NCBI GenBank assembly: GCA_963775425.1
Contig: CAVZJB010000003.1
Span: forward strand, 224,001-288,000
Reading direction: 5' to 3'
DNA from: an uncultured delta proteobacterium
GTDB taxonomy: Bacteria > Myxococcota > UBA727 > VGSZ01
Length of the DNA: 64,000 nucleotides
Below, in pieces: positions 10,932 through 20,835 of this stretch (position 1 is its first letter; every line of letters starts with the position of its first letter). The notes below the pieces were generated by a model that saw only the letters and a program-made list of their open reading frames with translations, was not told the origin of the DNA and did not search any database. Position numbers and translations under genes: made by a program.

Positions 10932-13247
10932 ATGCGACGCCTCGCCTTGCGGCCCCTCGTGGTTGCTCTCGCGTCCCTCGCGCTCGGCGGCTGCGTCGTG
11001 CGCGGTCACCCCGGGGACGGCGCCGGCAGCGAGGCACCGGCGCCCAATCCCGGCGGCGGCGACCCCGGCGGCGGCGACCCCGGTGCCGTCGATGCGGGGC
11101 CCGACCATCCCGGCACCCAGACAGGCGCCCAGCTCTATGCCTCGCTGTGCGCGAGCTGCCACGGCGACGCCGGCGCCGGCACCCCGAGCGCGCCCGCGCT
11201 GAACCGTTGGACCGCCCCGCGCGACGCGCTCGTGAGCACCATCCAGGCGCGCATGCCCCAGGGCGACCCGCAGGCGTGCACCGGCGACTGCGCGTCCCTC
11301 GTCGCCGACTTCATCCTGGACGAGCTTCAGGCGGCGACGCCGTCGTCGTGCGCGAGCGTCGACCTCACCGCCGCCGACGCGCTGCCGCCGCAGGCGCTGC
11401 GCCTGCTCACGCGCGACGAGTACCGCCGGAGCGTCAAGGATCTGCTCGGGCTCACCGAGACTCCGTGCGCCGCCACCACCGACTGCCGCGTCGAGAGCGA
11501 GAGCTGCGTCGAGGGCGCCTGTCGCGCCGACGCGTGCGACGTCGTCACGTTCCTCTACAATCCGCCCGGGAGCGGGGCGGTCAACACCACCGTCCACGTC
11601 GCCGGCGACTTCAACGGCTGGGCGCCTCACGCCGCCGACGGGGTCGCCCTCGCCTGGAGCGACGCCCTGGGCCTGTGGTGGGGCAAGGCGCAGCTCCCTT
11701 CGGGCGCGCACGCGTACAAGCTGGTGCTCGACGACGCCACGTGGATCGCCGACCCGCGGGCGCAGCGCTCCGTGTCCGACGGCTTCGGTGGACAAAACTC
11801 CGTCGTCGACGTCGCGTGCGACGCCGGCAGCGGCGCCGCAGACGGCGGCGACTTCGCCGCGCGCATCCCGCCGGACAGCCACCCGGAGACGTTCCCGTTC
11901 GCCAGCCACGCGGCCTCCGGCCTCGTCACGCCCACGCACGTCGACGAGTACCTCCAGGCGTCCGCGCGCGCCGTCGCCGCCGCGCACTTCGACACCGCCG
12001 CGTCCGCGCCGCGCCCGGGCGACGCCGCCTCCGTGCGCGCCTTCGGCCGCCGCGCGTTCCGCCGCCCGCTGACCGACGACGAGGTCACCCGCTACGCCGC
12101 GCTGCCGTCCACCACGGCCATCGCGCAGGCGATGCTGTCGTCGCCGGCCTTCCTGTACCGCAGCGAGATAGGCGCGCCCGTCGCGGGCGCCGCCGGCGAC
12201 GGCGGGGTGTTCCACCTCGACCCGTACGAGACCGCCACGGCGCTCTCGTACCTGTTTTGGGGCACCACCCCCGACGACGCGCTCCTCGACGCCGCCGCGG
12301 CGGGCGCGCTCGACGGCGCCGACGGCGTCGAGGCGCAGGCGCGCCGTCTGCTCGCCGACCCGCGCGCGCAGGAGATCATGGGCGCGTTCGCGCTGCAGTG
12401 GCTCGGGGCCGACAAGGTCATCACCGTCGACAAGTCTCCGACGCTCTACCCGTCGTTCGACGCCGCCGTGCGCGCAGACCTCGCGCGCGAGACCGAGCTG
12501 TACTTCTCGCACGTGATGTTCGAGGGCACCGGCCGCTACGACGAGCTGCTCACCGGCACGCGCTCGTACGTCACGCCGCGCACCGCTGCGCTGTACGGCC
12601 TCGGCGCGCCCGCCGGCGGCGCCGACGCCCCTGCGCTCGTCGACATGCCCGCCGATCGGCGCGGCGTGCTCTCGCAGGCGAGCGTCATGGCGGCCACGGC
12701 GCACTCCGAGCAGACGAGCCCCATCCACCGTGGCCTCTTCGTGCGCCGCCGCTTGCTGTGCCAGGACCTCGGCACGCCGCCGCCGAACGCGGGCAGCGTC
12801 CCCGACGTCGACCCCAGCGCCACCACGCGCGAGCGCTTCGCCCAGCACACGGCCAATCCGTTCTGCGCGAGCTGCCACGGGTACATCGACCCCGTCGGCT
12901 TCGGCTTCGAGGGCTACGACCCCGTGGGTGCGCGGCGCAGCACCGAAAACGGCCTCCCCGTCGACGACAGCGGCGACATGAACGACGTCGAGGGCCTCGG
13001 CACCGACACCCACGCGCCGTTTCATTCGATGGACGAGCTCGCCGCCATCCTCGCCGGCAGCGCGTCGTCGAAGCGGTGTTTCGTCCGCCAGGTGGTGCGC
13101 TTCGCCCAGGGCCGCGACCCGTCGACCTCGACGGGCGAGACCTGCGCCCTCGACGCGCTCGACCAGAGCTTCGCCGGCGGCGACCTCAAGCAGCTCTTCA
13201 TCGACGTGGTGCGCGCCCCGTCGTTCGTGATGCGGAGGGCCCCGTGA
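10932..13247 (+). CDS. DUF1592/DUF1588-family (PSD) cytochrome c lipoprotein with inserted CBM48-like domain
   Basis: Lipobox LGGC, two CASCH heme motifs, LRLLTRDEY, RRAFRRPL, SPAFLYRSE, LSYLFWGTTPD, SPIHRG, IDPVGFGFEGYD. Confidence 0.88.
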   Translation: MRRLALRPLVVALASLALGGCVVRGHPGDGAGSEAPAPNPGGGDPGGGDPGAVDAGPDHPGTQTGAQLYASLCASCHGDAGAGTPSAPALNRWTAPRDALVSTIQARMPQGDPQACTGDCASLVADFILDELQAATPSSCASVDLTAADALPPQALRLLTRDEYRRSVKDLLGLTETPCAATTDCRVESESCVEGACRADACDVVTFLYNPPGSGAVNTTVHVAGDFNGWAPHAADGVALAWSDALGLWWGKAQLPSGAHAYKLVLDDATWIADPRAQRSVSDGFGGQNSVVDVACDAGSGAADGGDFAARIPPDSHPETFPFASHAASGLVTPTHVDEYLQASARAVAAAHFDTAASAPRPGDAASVRAFGRRAFRRPLTDDEVTRYAALPSTTAIAQAMLSSPAFLYRSEIGAPVAGAAGDGGVFHLDPYETATALSYLFWGTTPDDALLDAAAAGALDGADGVEAQARRLLADPRAQEIMGAFALQWLGADKVITVDKSPTLYPSFDAAVRADLARETELYFSHVMFEGTGRYDELLTGTRSYVTPRTAALYGLGAPAGGADAPALVDMPADRRGVLSQASVMAATAHSEQTSPIHRGLFVRRRLLCQDLGTPPPNAGSVPDVDPSATTRERFAQHTANPFCASCHGYIDPVGFGFEGYDPVGARRSTENGLPVDDSGDMNDVEGLGTDTHAPFHSMDELAAILAGSASSKRCFVRQVVRFAQGRDPSTSTGETCALDALDQSFAGGDLKQLFIDVVRAPSFVMRRAP

Positions 13248-14677
13248 AGCACCCGTCCCCTCCGCGCCGCCCGAGCGTCGCGGCACCGTCGTCGTCACCG
13301 TTGCGCTTCCGGCGGCGCAGCGTGCTCCAGGCGCTCGGCGGCGCCGCGCTCGCGCTCCCCTTCGTCGACCTGCTGCGCGCTGGCCGCGCGCGCGCCGACG
13401 GCAACGGCTTCGCCCAACGCGCGATCTTCATGTACTTCCCCGACGGCGTCAGCGGCCCGTCACAGAGCGGCGAGCCCTCGGAGTGGCACTGCACCGGCAG
13501 CGAGCACGACTTCACGCTGCAAAGCCAGCTCCAGCCGCTCAGCGCCCACAAGGGCGACTGCGTGTTCCTGAACGGCGTGTCCTCGGGGCCCACCGACAGC
13601 GGCAGCCACCCCGGCGGCGCCAAGAAGCTGCTCACCGCCGTCGACGGCGGGTACGGCCAGTCCCTCGATCAATACCTCGCGTCCACCGTGTTCTCGGCGT
13701 CGCCGTGGCGCCACCTCTACCTCGGCGCCATGGCCACGCAAAACGGCGCGTCGGGCGACAAGCACATCTCGTATCCGACCGCGGGCGAGAGCGTCGCGCC
13801 CGAGGACAACCCGCGCGTCGCGTTCCAGCGCCTCTTCGGCGCCTCGTCCCCGTCGAGCGGCGCGAGCGACCCCGGCGCCGTCGGGGGCGCGGTCGGCGCC
13901 CCCGATCCGCGCGTCAGCATCCTCGACGTCGTGCAGGCCGACCTCGCCGACCTCCGCGGGCGGCTCGGCGGCGTCGAGCAGCAGAAGCTCGACGTCCACC
14001 TCGAGAGCGTCCGCGAGATCGAGCAGCGCATCCAGGCCACGCCGCCGCCGGCGCCGGCGTCGTGCGCGAGCCCGTCGCTCGACTACGCCGTCGACGACGC
14101 GTCGCTGTACGACCCGGGCCGCTTCCCCGAGGTGTGGAAGGCGCAGATCGACGTCTGCGTGCTCGCCATGTCCTGCGGCGTGACCCGCTGCGCCACGCTC
14201 CAGGCGTCGCACCACACGAGCGAGCTCATCATGAGCCGCTTCCCCGCCACCGAGATGTACGACCAGAGCTTCGACATGCGCAGCCACCAGGCGTCGCATT
14301 ACGGGGCCACCCACGATCCCTCGCACCTCGAGTACGCGCGCTTCGTGCAGCAGCGGCGCTGGTTCGTCTCTCAGCTCTCCTACCTCCTCGACCAGCTCCA
14401 GGCGCGGCCCGACCCCGGCGTGCCCGGCGCCAGCCTGCTCGACACGTCGGTGGTCCTCCTGTGCTCGGAGATCTCCGACGGCAACACGCACTCGCACGAC
14501 AACCTGCCTTTCCTCCTCGCCGGCCGCGCCGGCGGGAAATTCTCGACGGGGCGGCTGCTCGACGTCGGCTACGAGCGGCACCACAAGCTGTTGACGTCCA
14601 TCGCGCGCGCGTGCGGCAGCGACATCGACGGCTTCGGGCAGGACTCCGGCGGCACGCTCCCCGGTCTGCCGGTCTGA
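13244..14677 (+). CDS. DUF1552 family Tat-exported protein
   Basis: GTGA overlap. RRRSVL twin-Arg-like signal, YFPDG, NPRVAFQRLF, HLESVREIE, SEISDGNTHSHDNLP. Confidence 0.88.
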   Translation: MKHPSPPRRPSVAAPSSSPLRFRRRSVLQALGGAALALPFVDLLRAGRARADGNGFAQRAIFMYFPDGVSGPSQSGEPSEWHCTGSEHDFTLQSQLQPLSAHKGDCVFLNGVSSGPTDSGSHPGGAKKLLTAVDGGYGQSLDQYLASTVFSASPWRHLYLGAMATQNGASGDKHISYPTAGESVAPEDNPRVAFQRLFGASSPSSGASDPGAVGGAVGAPDPRVSILDVVQADLADLRGRLGGVEQQKLDVHLESVREIEQRIQATPPPAPASCASPSLDYAVDDASLYDPGRFPEVWKAQIDVCVLAMSCGVTRCATLQASHHTSELIMSRFPATEMYDQSFDMRSHQASHYGATHDPSHLEYARFVQQRRWFVSQLSYLLDQLQARPDPGVPGASLLDTSVVLLCSEISDGNTHSHDNLPFLLAGRAGGKFSTGRLLDVGYERHHKLLTSIARACGSDIDGFGQDSGGTLPGLPV

Positions 14678-14719
14678 GTCTTTGCTGGCGCGGCGGGTGC
14701 GGCGGCGGTAGGAGGGCGC

Positions 14720-15178
14720 ATGGGGCTGTACAGCGACATCGGCACGGCGTGGAAAGAGGCGATGAAGGCGCGCGATCCCAAGAAGGACGTGCTCAGCGCC
14801 ATCCGCACCGAGGTGAAGAACAAGGTCATCAACACCCGCTCCTCCGGCGGCGGCGAGATCGACCCGCCCGACGACGTCGTCCTCGACGTGCTCAAGAAGA
14901 TGGCCAAGCAGCGCAAGGAGTCCGTCGAGGAGTACACCAAGGGCGGGCGCCAGGACCTCGTCGACAAGGAGCAGTTCGAGCTCTCCGTCATCGAGAAGTT
15001 CCTCCCCGCCGGCCTCGCGCCCGACGCCCTCGCCGCGCTCGTGAAGGAGGCCGTCGCCGAAAGCGGCGCGAGCGGGCCCAAGGACATGGGCAAGGCGATG
15101 AAGGCGGCCATGGCCAAGGTCGCCGGCCGCGCCGACGGCAAGGACGTGCAGGCCGCCGTCAAGGCCGCGCTCGGCTGA
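14720..15178 (+). CDS. yqeY: GatB/YqeY domain protein
   Basis: EAMKARD, KQRKESVEEY..GGRQDL, KDMGKAMK, GRADGK. RBS GGAGG upstream. Confidence 0.92.
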   Translation: MGLYSDIGTAWKEAMKARDPKKDVLSAIRTEVKNKVINTRSSGGGEIDPPDDVVLDVLKKMAKQRKESVEEYTKGGRQDLVDKEQFELSVIEKFLPAGLAPDALAALVKEAVAESGASGPKDMGKAMKAAMAKVAGRADGKDVQAAVKAALG

Positions 15179-15218
15179 CTCAGCGCGGCCGCTCCCTCCG
15201 GTCGGTGATCGGCGTCAG

Positions 15219-17051
15219 CTACGCCGCGCGCCGGTCGAGGAGGTCGTGCTGGTCCTGCGCGTCGGCGTCGGCGCCCAGGGGGAGACGCACGAAGAACGAC
15301 GTGCCCGTCCCGGGTGACGACTGCACCTCGAGGCTGCCTTCGTGTTTGTCCACCACGACGGACCACACGATGGCCAGGCCCTGGCCGGTGCCCTTGCCCA
15401 CGGGCTTGGTGGTGAAGAACGGGTCGAAGATGCGGTTCTTGATGGCGTTGGGGATGCCCGCGCCGTCGTCGTTGAATTCGATCTCGGCGAAGTCGCCGCG
15501 GCGCCGGGCGTGGATGCGGATGTGCCCGCGGTCGCCGCAGGTGGCGTGCCGCTCCCCGATGGCGTGGGCCGCGTTCACGATCATGTTCAGGAACGCCTGA
15601 GAGAGCTCGTCGCGCAGCGCGGGCACGCGCGGGAGGTCGTCGTCGACGACGATGTCGAGGTCGGCCACGTACTTCCACTCGTTGCGCGCGATGACCGCGG
15701 TGGTCTCGAGCACCTCGCGCATGCCGACGTTCTCCTTCACCCCGCGGCTCGGGTGCGAGAAGTCCTTCATCGCGCGCACGATGGCGGTGACCCGTTGGAT
15801 GCCCTCGAGCGCCTCGGCGACGGCCTTCGGCACCTCCTCCCGGAGGTACGCGACGTCGCCCTTCTGCTCGATGAGCTTCGTGAAGCTGCGCTCGACGAAG
15901 AGCGTGTTGTCGGAGATGTACTGCATCGGCGTGTTGATCTCGTGGGCGATGCCCGCCGCGAGCTGACCGATGGCGGCGAGCTTCTCGCTTTGCAGGAGCT
16001 GCGTGCGCGAGAGCGCGAGCTTGTTGATCATCGTGTTGAAGCTCACCGCGAGGCTCGCGAGCTCGAGGTCGCCGGTGACGGGCACGCGTGCGTTGAGGTC
16101 GCCCTCGGCGATGGCGCGCGCGGCGGTCTCCACGTCGGCGAGCGGTCGCAGTTGGCGCTTGATCAGCCGGTCTGCGAAGAAGGCGAACAGCACGAGCGCC
16201 GCCAGCATGAGGGCGATGCTCGCGCCGGTGGCCAAGCGCGAAAACAGCATCATGATGCTCACCGGCACGAGCATCGCCACGGTGGCCTCGCTCCCCTCAC
16301 CCAGCGGGCGCTGCAGCACGAACATGGACACGCTCTTGTTGCCGCGCTCCGGCCAGTTCTCGCGCGTCATCGTCGAGGTGGCGTAGCCGCCGTACGGGCG
16401 CGCGAGCTTCAGGTCGACGGCGCTGAACGAGTCCCCCGCCGCGCGCGGGAGCGCCGGCTCGAGGCGCTTGCCCTCGATGTCGCGCAGCGTGGAGGCGACG
16501 TCGGCGTCGGAGAGCACCATGACGTCGACCGCGGCCGCGCGGGAGATGGTGTCGGCGTAGTCCTCGTCGACGCGGTGCGCCGCCCAGACCTCGACGCCGG
16601 CGTGCTCCTGCCGCGCCGCCAGCCAGGGGGTGCCCGCGCACGACAAGAAGCCCCGTGAGCGGACCGCGGCGAGCCGCGACAGGTCGCAGGGCAGGCCGCC
16701 GGCGACGGTGTGGCCGGCGGCGCGCACCATGTACGCGTCGTCCGGGTCGCGCGCCGGCCAGGCGGAGTCGACGGCGGCGCGCGCGGCGCCCCCGTCGCCG
16801 GAGACGGCGGCGCGGCGCAGCACGTCGCTGGCGGCGAGGGCCGCGGCCTCGTGGCCGAGCTCCGTCAGCATCGTGTCGTTTTCGACGCTGGTGGCGTTTT
16901 CGATGTTGGCGTGCAGCCAGGAGTCGGCGCCGACGCGGCCGGCGTAGTAGTTCACGGCCGCGGACGCGGTCACCTGCGCCACGCCGCACACCGCCACGAG
17001 CGCCACCACCGTGGTGAGCCATCGACGCCGGGCGGAGCGGGGGTGTGCCAC
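15219..17051 (-). CDS. Membrane sensor histidine kinase with HAMP domain (NtrB-like)
   Basis: Two hydrophobic segments, HAMP, QSEKLAAIGQLAAGIAHEINTP, FDPFFTTKPVGKGTGQGL. Confidence 0.93.
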   Translation of the reverse strand: MAHPRSARRRWLTTVVALVAVCGVAQVTASAAVNYYAGRVGADSWLHANIENATSVENDTMLTELGHEAAALAASDVLRRAAVSGDGGAARAAVDSAWPARDPDDAYMVRAAGHTVAGGLPCDLSRLAAVRSRGFLSCAGTPWLAARQEHAGVEVWAAHRVDEDYADTISRAAAVDVMVLSDADVASTLRDIEGKRLEPALPRAAGDSFSAVDLKLARPYGGYATSTMTRENWPERGNKSVSMFVLQRPLGEGSEATVAMLVPVSIMMLFSRLATGASIALMLAALVLFAFFADRLIKRQLRPLADVETAARAIAEGDLNARVPVTGDLELASLAVSFNTMINKLALSRTQLLQSEKLAAIGQLAAGIAHEINTPMQYISDNTLFVERSFTKLIEQKGDVAYLREEVPKAVAEALEGIQRVTAIVRAMKDFSHPSRGVKENVGMREVLETTAVIARNEWKYVADLDIVVDDDLPRVPALRDELSQAFLNMIVNAAHAIGERHATCGDRGHIRIHARRRGDFAEIEFNDDGAGIPNAIKNRIFDPFFTTKPVGKGTGQGLAIVWSVVVDKHEGSLEVQSSPGTGTSFFVRLPLGADADAQDQHDLLDRRAA

Positions 17052-17088
17052 ACCCCTCGAATCGGCGGGGCCCGAACAACCTTGAGCG

Positions 17089-18279
17089 TCAGGCGCCCGT
17101 GATCCATCGGGCGGTCATGAAGACGAGGGAGGCCGCGAACGCGGCGACCAGCAGCGCCGCCGTCAGCGAGACGGCCTTCCCCCTCACGAGCGCGGGCGCG
17201 CGCACCGGGCCGCCGGCGGCGCCGGCCCGGAGCCGCGGCGCCAGCAGCGCACACAGGCCCGCGCCGGCGAGGGCGCCGCCGAGGTGTGCGACGCCGTCGA
17301 CGCCGGGCAGGAGCGAGATGACCACGTTCACCCCGATGAGCCCGATCCAGGAGCGCACCGGCAGCCGGGGGCCCGCCAACGGCTGGGTCCGGTAGCGCAG
17401 CGTAGAGACCCCCAGGGCCCCGACCAGCCCGAAGATCCCACCCGACAGCCCCACGGTGGCGACGTCGTGCGCGGACACCGAGAGCACCGCGCCGAACAGG
17501 GCGCTGCCGAGGAGGATGACGAGGAAGCCGGCGCGGCCGAGCCAGCGCTCGAACACGGGTCCCACCGACAGCAGGGCCGCCCCGTTCAACAGCAGGTGCA
17601 GCTCGCCCATGTGGAGAAACGGCGCGGTGAACAGGCGCCAGAACCCGCCGTGGATGACGAGGTCGCGGTTGGCGGCGCCGAGGTCGATGATGGCGTTCCC
17701 ACCCGCGCGCACGGCCGCGATGCGCTCGAGGATCAACACCGCGACCATCACGCCGCCGACGGCGTAGACCGCCGCCGGCCGCTTGTCGTTCACCTCGGCG
17801 GCGCGCGCGTTGCGCGCGAGGACGCCCGACAGCCGCGGGCCGAGCCGCGCGTGCACCGCCGCTGCGGCCGCGTCCGCGCCGCCGTCGACGAAGCTCCGCT
17901 TCGGGATGACGCGCGCGACGCCGGCGCCCGCGACGACCAGGCCGATCTTGCCGTTGAACGCGAGCGTGACGGCGTCGAGCGGGATGTCCGCGGGCGGGGC
18001 GCCGCCGAGCGCCGGCACCGAGATGCCGGCGTCGTCGACGACGAGCGCGCCGGGCGTCCGCCGTCGAAGGCGTCGCACGAGCGCCACGGCGACGGGCCAG
18101 CCGAACACCGCCACCGGCACCAGCAGCAGCGGCGGCACCGCCTGGGCGGCGGCGCGCAGCATCACGGCGGCCGCGACGGACACGAGCAGGACCACGACGG
18201 CCGTGACGACGAGGAGCAGGGGCGGCGGTGGCTCGCGCAGTCGAAACCGCGCCTGCGCCGGGACGTCCGAGAGCTCCAT
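17089..18279 (-). CDS. Rhomboid family intramembrane serine protease with N-terminal extension
   Basis: WRLFTAPFLH..ELHLLLN, GLSG catalytic Ser, AHLGG catalytic His. Confidence 0.88.
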   Translation of the reverse strand: MELSDVPAQARFRLREPPPPLLLVVTAVVVLLVSVAAAVMLRAAAQAVPPLLLVPVAVFGWPVAVALVRRLRRRTPGALVVDDAGISVPALGGAPPADIPLDAVTLAFNGKIGLVVAGAGVARVIPKRSFVDGGADAAAAAVHARLGPRLSGVLARNARAAEVNDKRPAAVYAVGGVMVAVLILERIAAVRAGGNAIIDLGAANRDLVIHGGFWRLFTAPFLHMGELHLLLNGAALLSVGPVFERWLGRAGFLVILLGSALFGAVLSVSAHDVATVGLSGGIFGLVGALGVSTLRYRTQPLAGPRLPVRSWIGLIGVNVVISLLPGVDGVAHLGGALAGAGLCALLAPRLRAGAAGGPVRAPALVRGKAVSLTAALLVAAFAASLVFMTARWITGA

Positions 18280-18537
18280 GGGCGAAGCATGGCGTCCGGC
18301 GCCCGCGTCGCCAACCCACGTGTGCGTCGCGCGCGGCGGAGCCCGGCGGGCCCGCGTCGTGCTTGGCGCGCACGGTGTCAGGTGGACGGCGCGTCCTGAC
18401 GCGACAGCGATGTCGCTCTTCGCGGCGCGAGCGCAGCGCGACGGCGCGAGGCGACGCCACGCGCGAGCTTGGCGCGCGGGATGCTGAGGTCGCGGCCACA
18501 TCCGCGGCGCTGCGGCGGCGGACAAAGGGGAGGTTTC

Positions 18538-20835
18538 ATGAGGCGAGCCCTTCTGGCGCTCGCCGGCGGAGCGTTCACGCTCTTGCCGGCGTACACGTGC
18601 GGCGCTCCCGCGGGCGATGACTTCGTGAGCACGCCGGATGGCGACGGGGTTCCGTTCGACGGAGATCCCGGACCGGCGCCCACGGGCCAGCGCTTCGACG
18701 ACGTCGAGGTCGTCGACGGCTGCGGCCGCACGCACCTCGCGTTCCGCCTCGTCGACGAGATCTGCGGCGCCGACGGCGCGCTGCCCTCACCCGCGGACCT
18801 CGCCGCGCCGATGATCCGCGACGGCGCATTCGTGGACGACACGTTGTACGCCGTCGACGGCTCCGCCCTCTGGGTGCTCGGCGCCTCCAATCCCACGGCG
18901 CTCGTGCGGCGCTCGCTCACCGCCGGCGTCGGCGAGGCGCTCGCGGTGGCCGCCGCCGGCGACCGCGTGTGGCTCGCGGAGGGCGACGCCGGCCTGGTCG
19001 CTGTGTCCACCGCCGACCCCGCGCGCCCGGCGATCGTCGACGAGCTCGCCCTGCCGGGGCCCGCCTTCGATGTCGCCGTGGACGGCGACACCGGCGTCAT
19101 CGCCGCGGCCCTCGGCGCCGCGGGCCTCGCGCTCGTCGATCAGGCGCTCCCTCCGGTCCCCGACCCGAACGACCCGGGCGCCGACGGGGAGCGCTTCTCA
19201 ATCGTCGACGTCGGCGGCCCGGCCGTCTCCGTCACGCTCGACGGCGGCCGCGCATACGTCGCCACCTGCGACGGCCTCGTGATCGTCGACGTCGCCGGCC
19301 GCGAGGTGCTCGGCGCCGCGCGCGGCGACGCGTTCGTCCCCGGCGCCGTCGTCGACGGGGTCAATGAGGCGCCGGCCAAGGACGTCGCCGTGGTCGGCTC
19401 GCTGGCCTTCGTGGCCGCGGGCCGCGCCGGCGTGGTCGCCGTCGACGTCGGCGACGCCGCGAGCCCGCGCGCCGTCGGCCAGTGCACCGACGCGCACGCG
19501 CTCGATCACTACGTGAACGGCGTGAAGGTCGACGACGGGCGCCTGGTGGTGGCCGCCGGCGAAGCCGGCGTCGACGTCGTCGAGGACCCGCTGGCCACCT
19601 GCGGCGACGGCTTCGCGGCCTCCGTCGACGTCTCGCCGCCCCTGCCGGTGGTGGACGCCGCGTGCCGTCCGGTCCCGCCGTGGTCCATCCTCGACGTCGT
19701 GTCGTGGGAGCCGCCGCCGCTCTTCTTCGACCCGGTGCAGCTCGTCGTGCACGACGGCCACGCGTGGTCCTTCGGCGACGCCCGCCGAAACGGCGTCCGC
19801 GCCGTCGACGTGTGGACGCTCCCCGACGTCACCCACGCGGGTCGCTATCAGGAGCCGCGCCGCGTGAGCGGCATCGCCGCGCGCGACGGCGTCGTCGCGC
19901 TGGCGGGGGTGCCCGCGCCCGACGGCGGCGCCGGATCGCCGGGCAGCCTGTGGATCGAGACCGACGACGATCGGCTGCTCGTGAAAGACACGCTCGCGGA
20001 CACCCCGTGGCTGCAGGGGACACCGGGCTTGCTCAGGGACGGCACGCCGGTGTCGGTCGCCCGCGGCACGCTCCTCGTCGGCCACACCGACGACCACGGC
20101 CTCGACACCATCGACGGCAAGTACGCGTCCCCGTACGCGATCCCGTTGCCTGAGCAGGTGTCGCCGCGGCACCTCGTCATCGAGGACGACGGGCGGCTCG
20201 ACGTCGCGGTCCCCGACGGCGTCGCCTCGGTGAGCCCCGGCGCCATCGCCACCGGCAGCGCCACCGGCCAACGCCTCGACGCCCTCGGCCGCACCGCCGC
20301 GCTCGCGCCCGACATCGCCGGCACCGGCGACGACGTCGTCGTCGCGGCGCCGGAGTGGGCGAACGCGCTCGGCTTGAGCGGCGCCGCCTACGCGGCCCCC
20401 GGCGCGTTCACCGCCGACGAGATCCTCGACGTCGCGCTGTGGCGCACCGGCCCGCCGCGGCGCGTGCTCGCCGCCGACCCCGAGCAGCTCGGCGTGGTGC
20501 TCGAGGCCGCCGCCATCGCCGACCGCGGCGCGCTCATCGTGCACGGCGGCGTCTGCGCGGGCGCGGTGCCGCCGGCGCCCTACGTCGACGCCGTGCTGCG
20601 CGGCGATCGCGCGTACCTGCTCGCCGCGGACGTCGGGCGCATGCGCAGCGAGCTCGTGCGCGTCGACGTCGGCGGCGCCCGGCCGCTGGTGCTCGGCGTG
20701 AACGCGTTCACCGGCTCCGCCGTGGGCATGACGACGACGGCGGACCGGCTCTACGTCGCCGACGCCGACGGCGCCATCCGCGTGTATGCGCTGCCCGGGG
20801 CCACGTTGCTCGGCGTCGTCGGCGGTGCCCCATGA
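18538..20835 (+). CDS. Secreted LVIVD-repeat/beta-propeller protein
   Basis: RBS GGAGG, signal peptide, repeated 'AYVA..DGLVIVDV' and 'AFVAAGRAGVVAVDV.D..SP' units. Confidence 0.75.
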   Translation: MRRALLALAGGAFTLLPAYTCGAPAGDDFVSTPDGDGVPFDGDPGPAPTGQRFDDVEVVDGCGRTHLAFRLVDEICGADGALPSPADLAAPMIRDGAFVDDTLYAVDGSALWVLGASNPTALVRRSLTAGVGEALAVAAAGDRVWLAEGDAGLVAVSTADPARPAIVDELALPGPAFDVAVDGDTGVIAAALGAAGLALVDQALPPVPDPNDPGADGERFSIVDVGGPAVSVTLDGGRAYVATCDGLVIVDVAGREVLGAARGDAFVPGAVVDGVNEAPAKDVAVVGSLAFVAAGRAGVVAVDVGDAASPRAVGQCTDAHALDHYVNGVKVDDGRLVVAAGEAGVDVVEDPLATCGDGFAASVDVSPPLPVVDAACRPVPPWSILDVVSWEPPPLFFDPVQLVVHDGHAWSFGDARRNGVRAVDVWTLPDVTHAGRYQEPRRVSGIAARDGVVALAGVPAPDGGAGSPGSLWIETDDDRLLVKDTLADTPWLQGTPGLLRDGTPVSVARGTLLVGHTDDHGLDTIDGKYASPYAIPLPEQVSPRHLVIEDDGRLDVAVPDGVASVSPGAIATGSATGQRLDALGRTAALAPDIAGTGDDVVVAAPEWANALGLSGAAYAAPGAFTADEILDVALWRTGPPRRVLAADPEQLGVVLEAAAIADRGALIVHGGVCAGAVPPAPYVDAVLRGDRAYLLAADVGRMRSELVRVDVGGARPLVLGVNAFTGSAVGMTTTADRLYVADADGAIRVYALPGATLLGVVGGAP

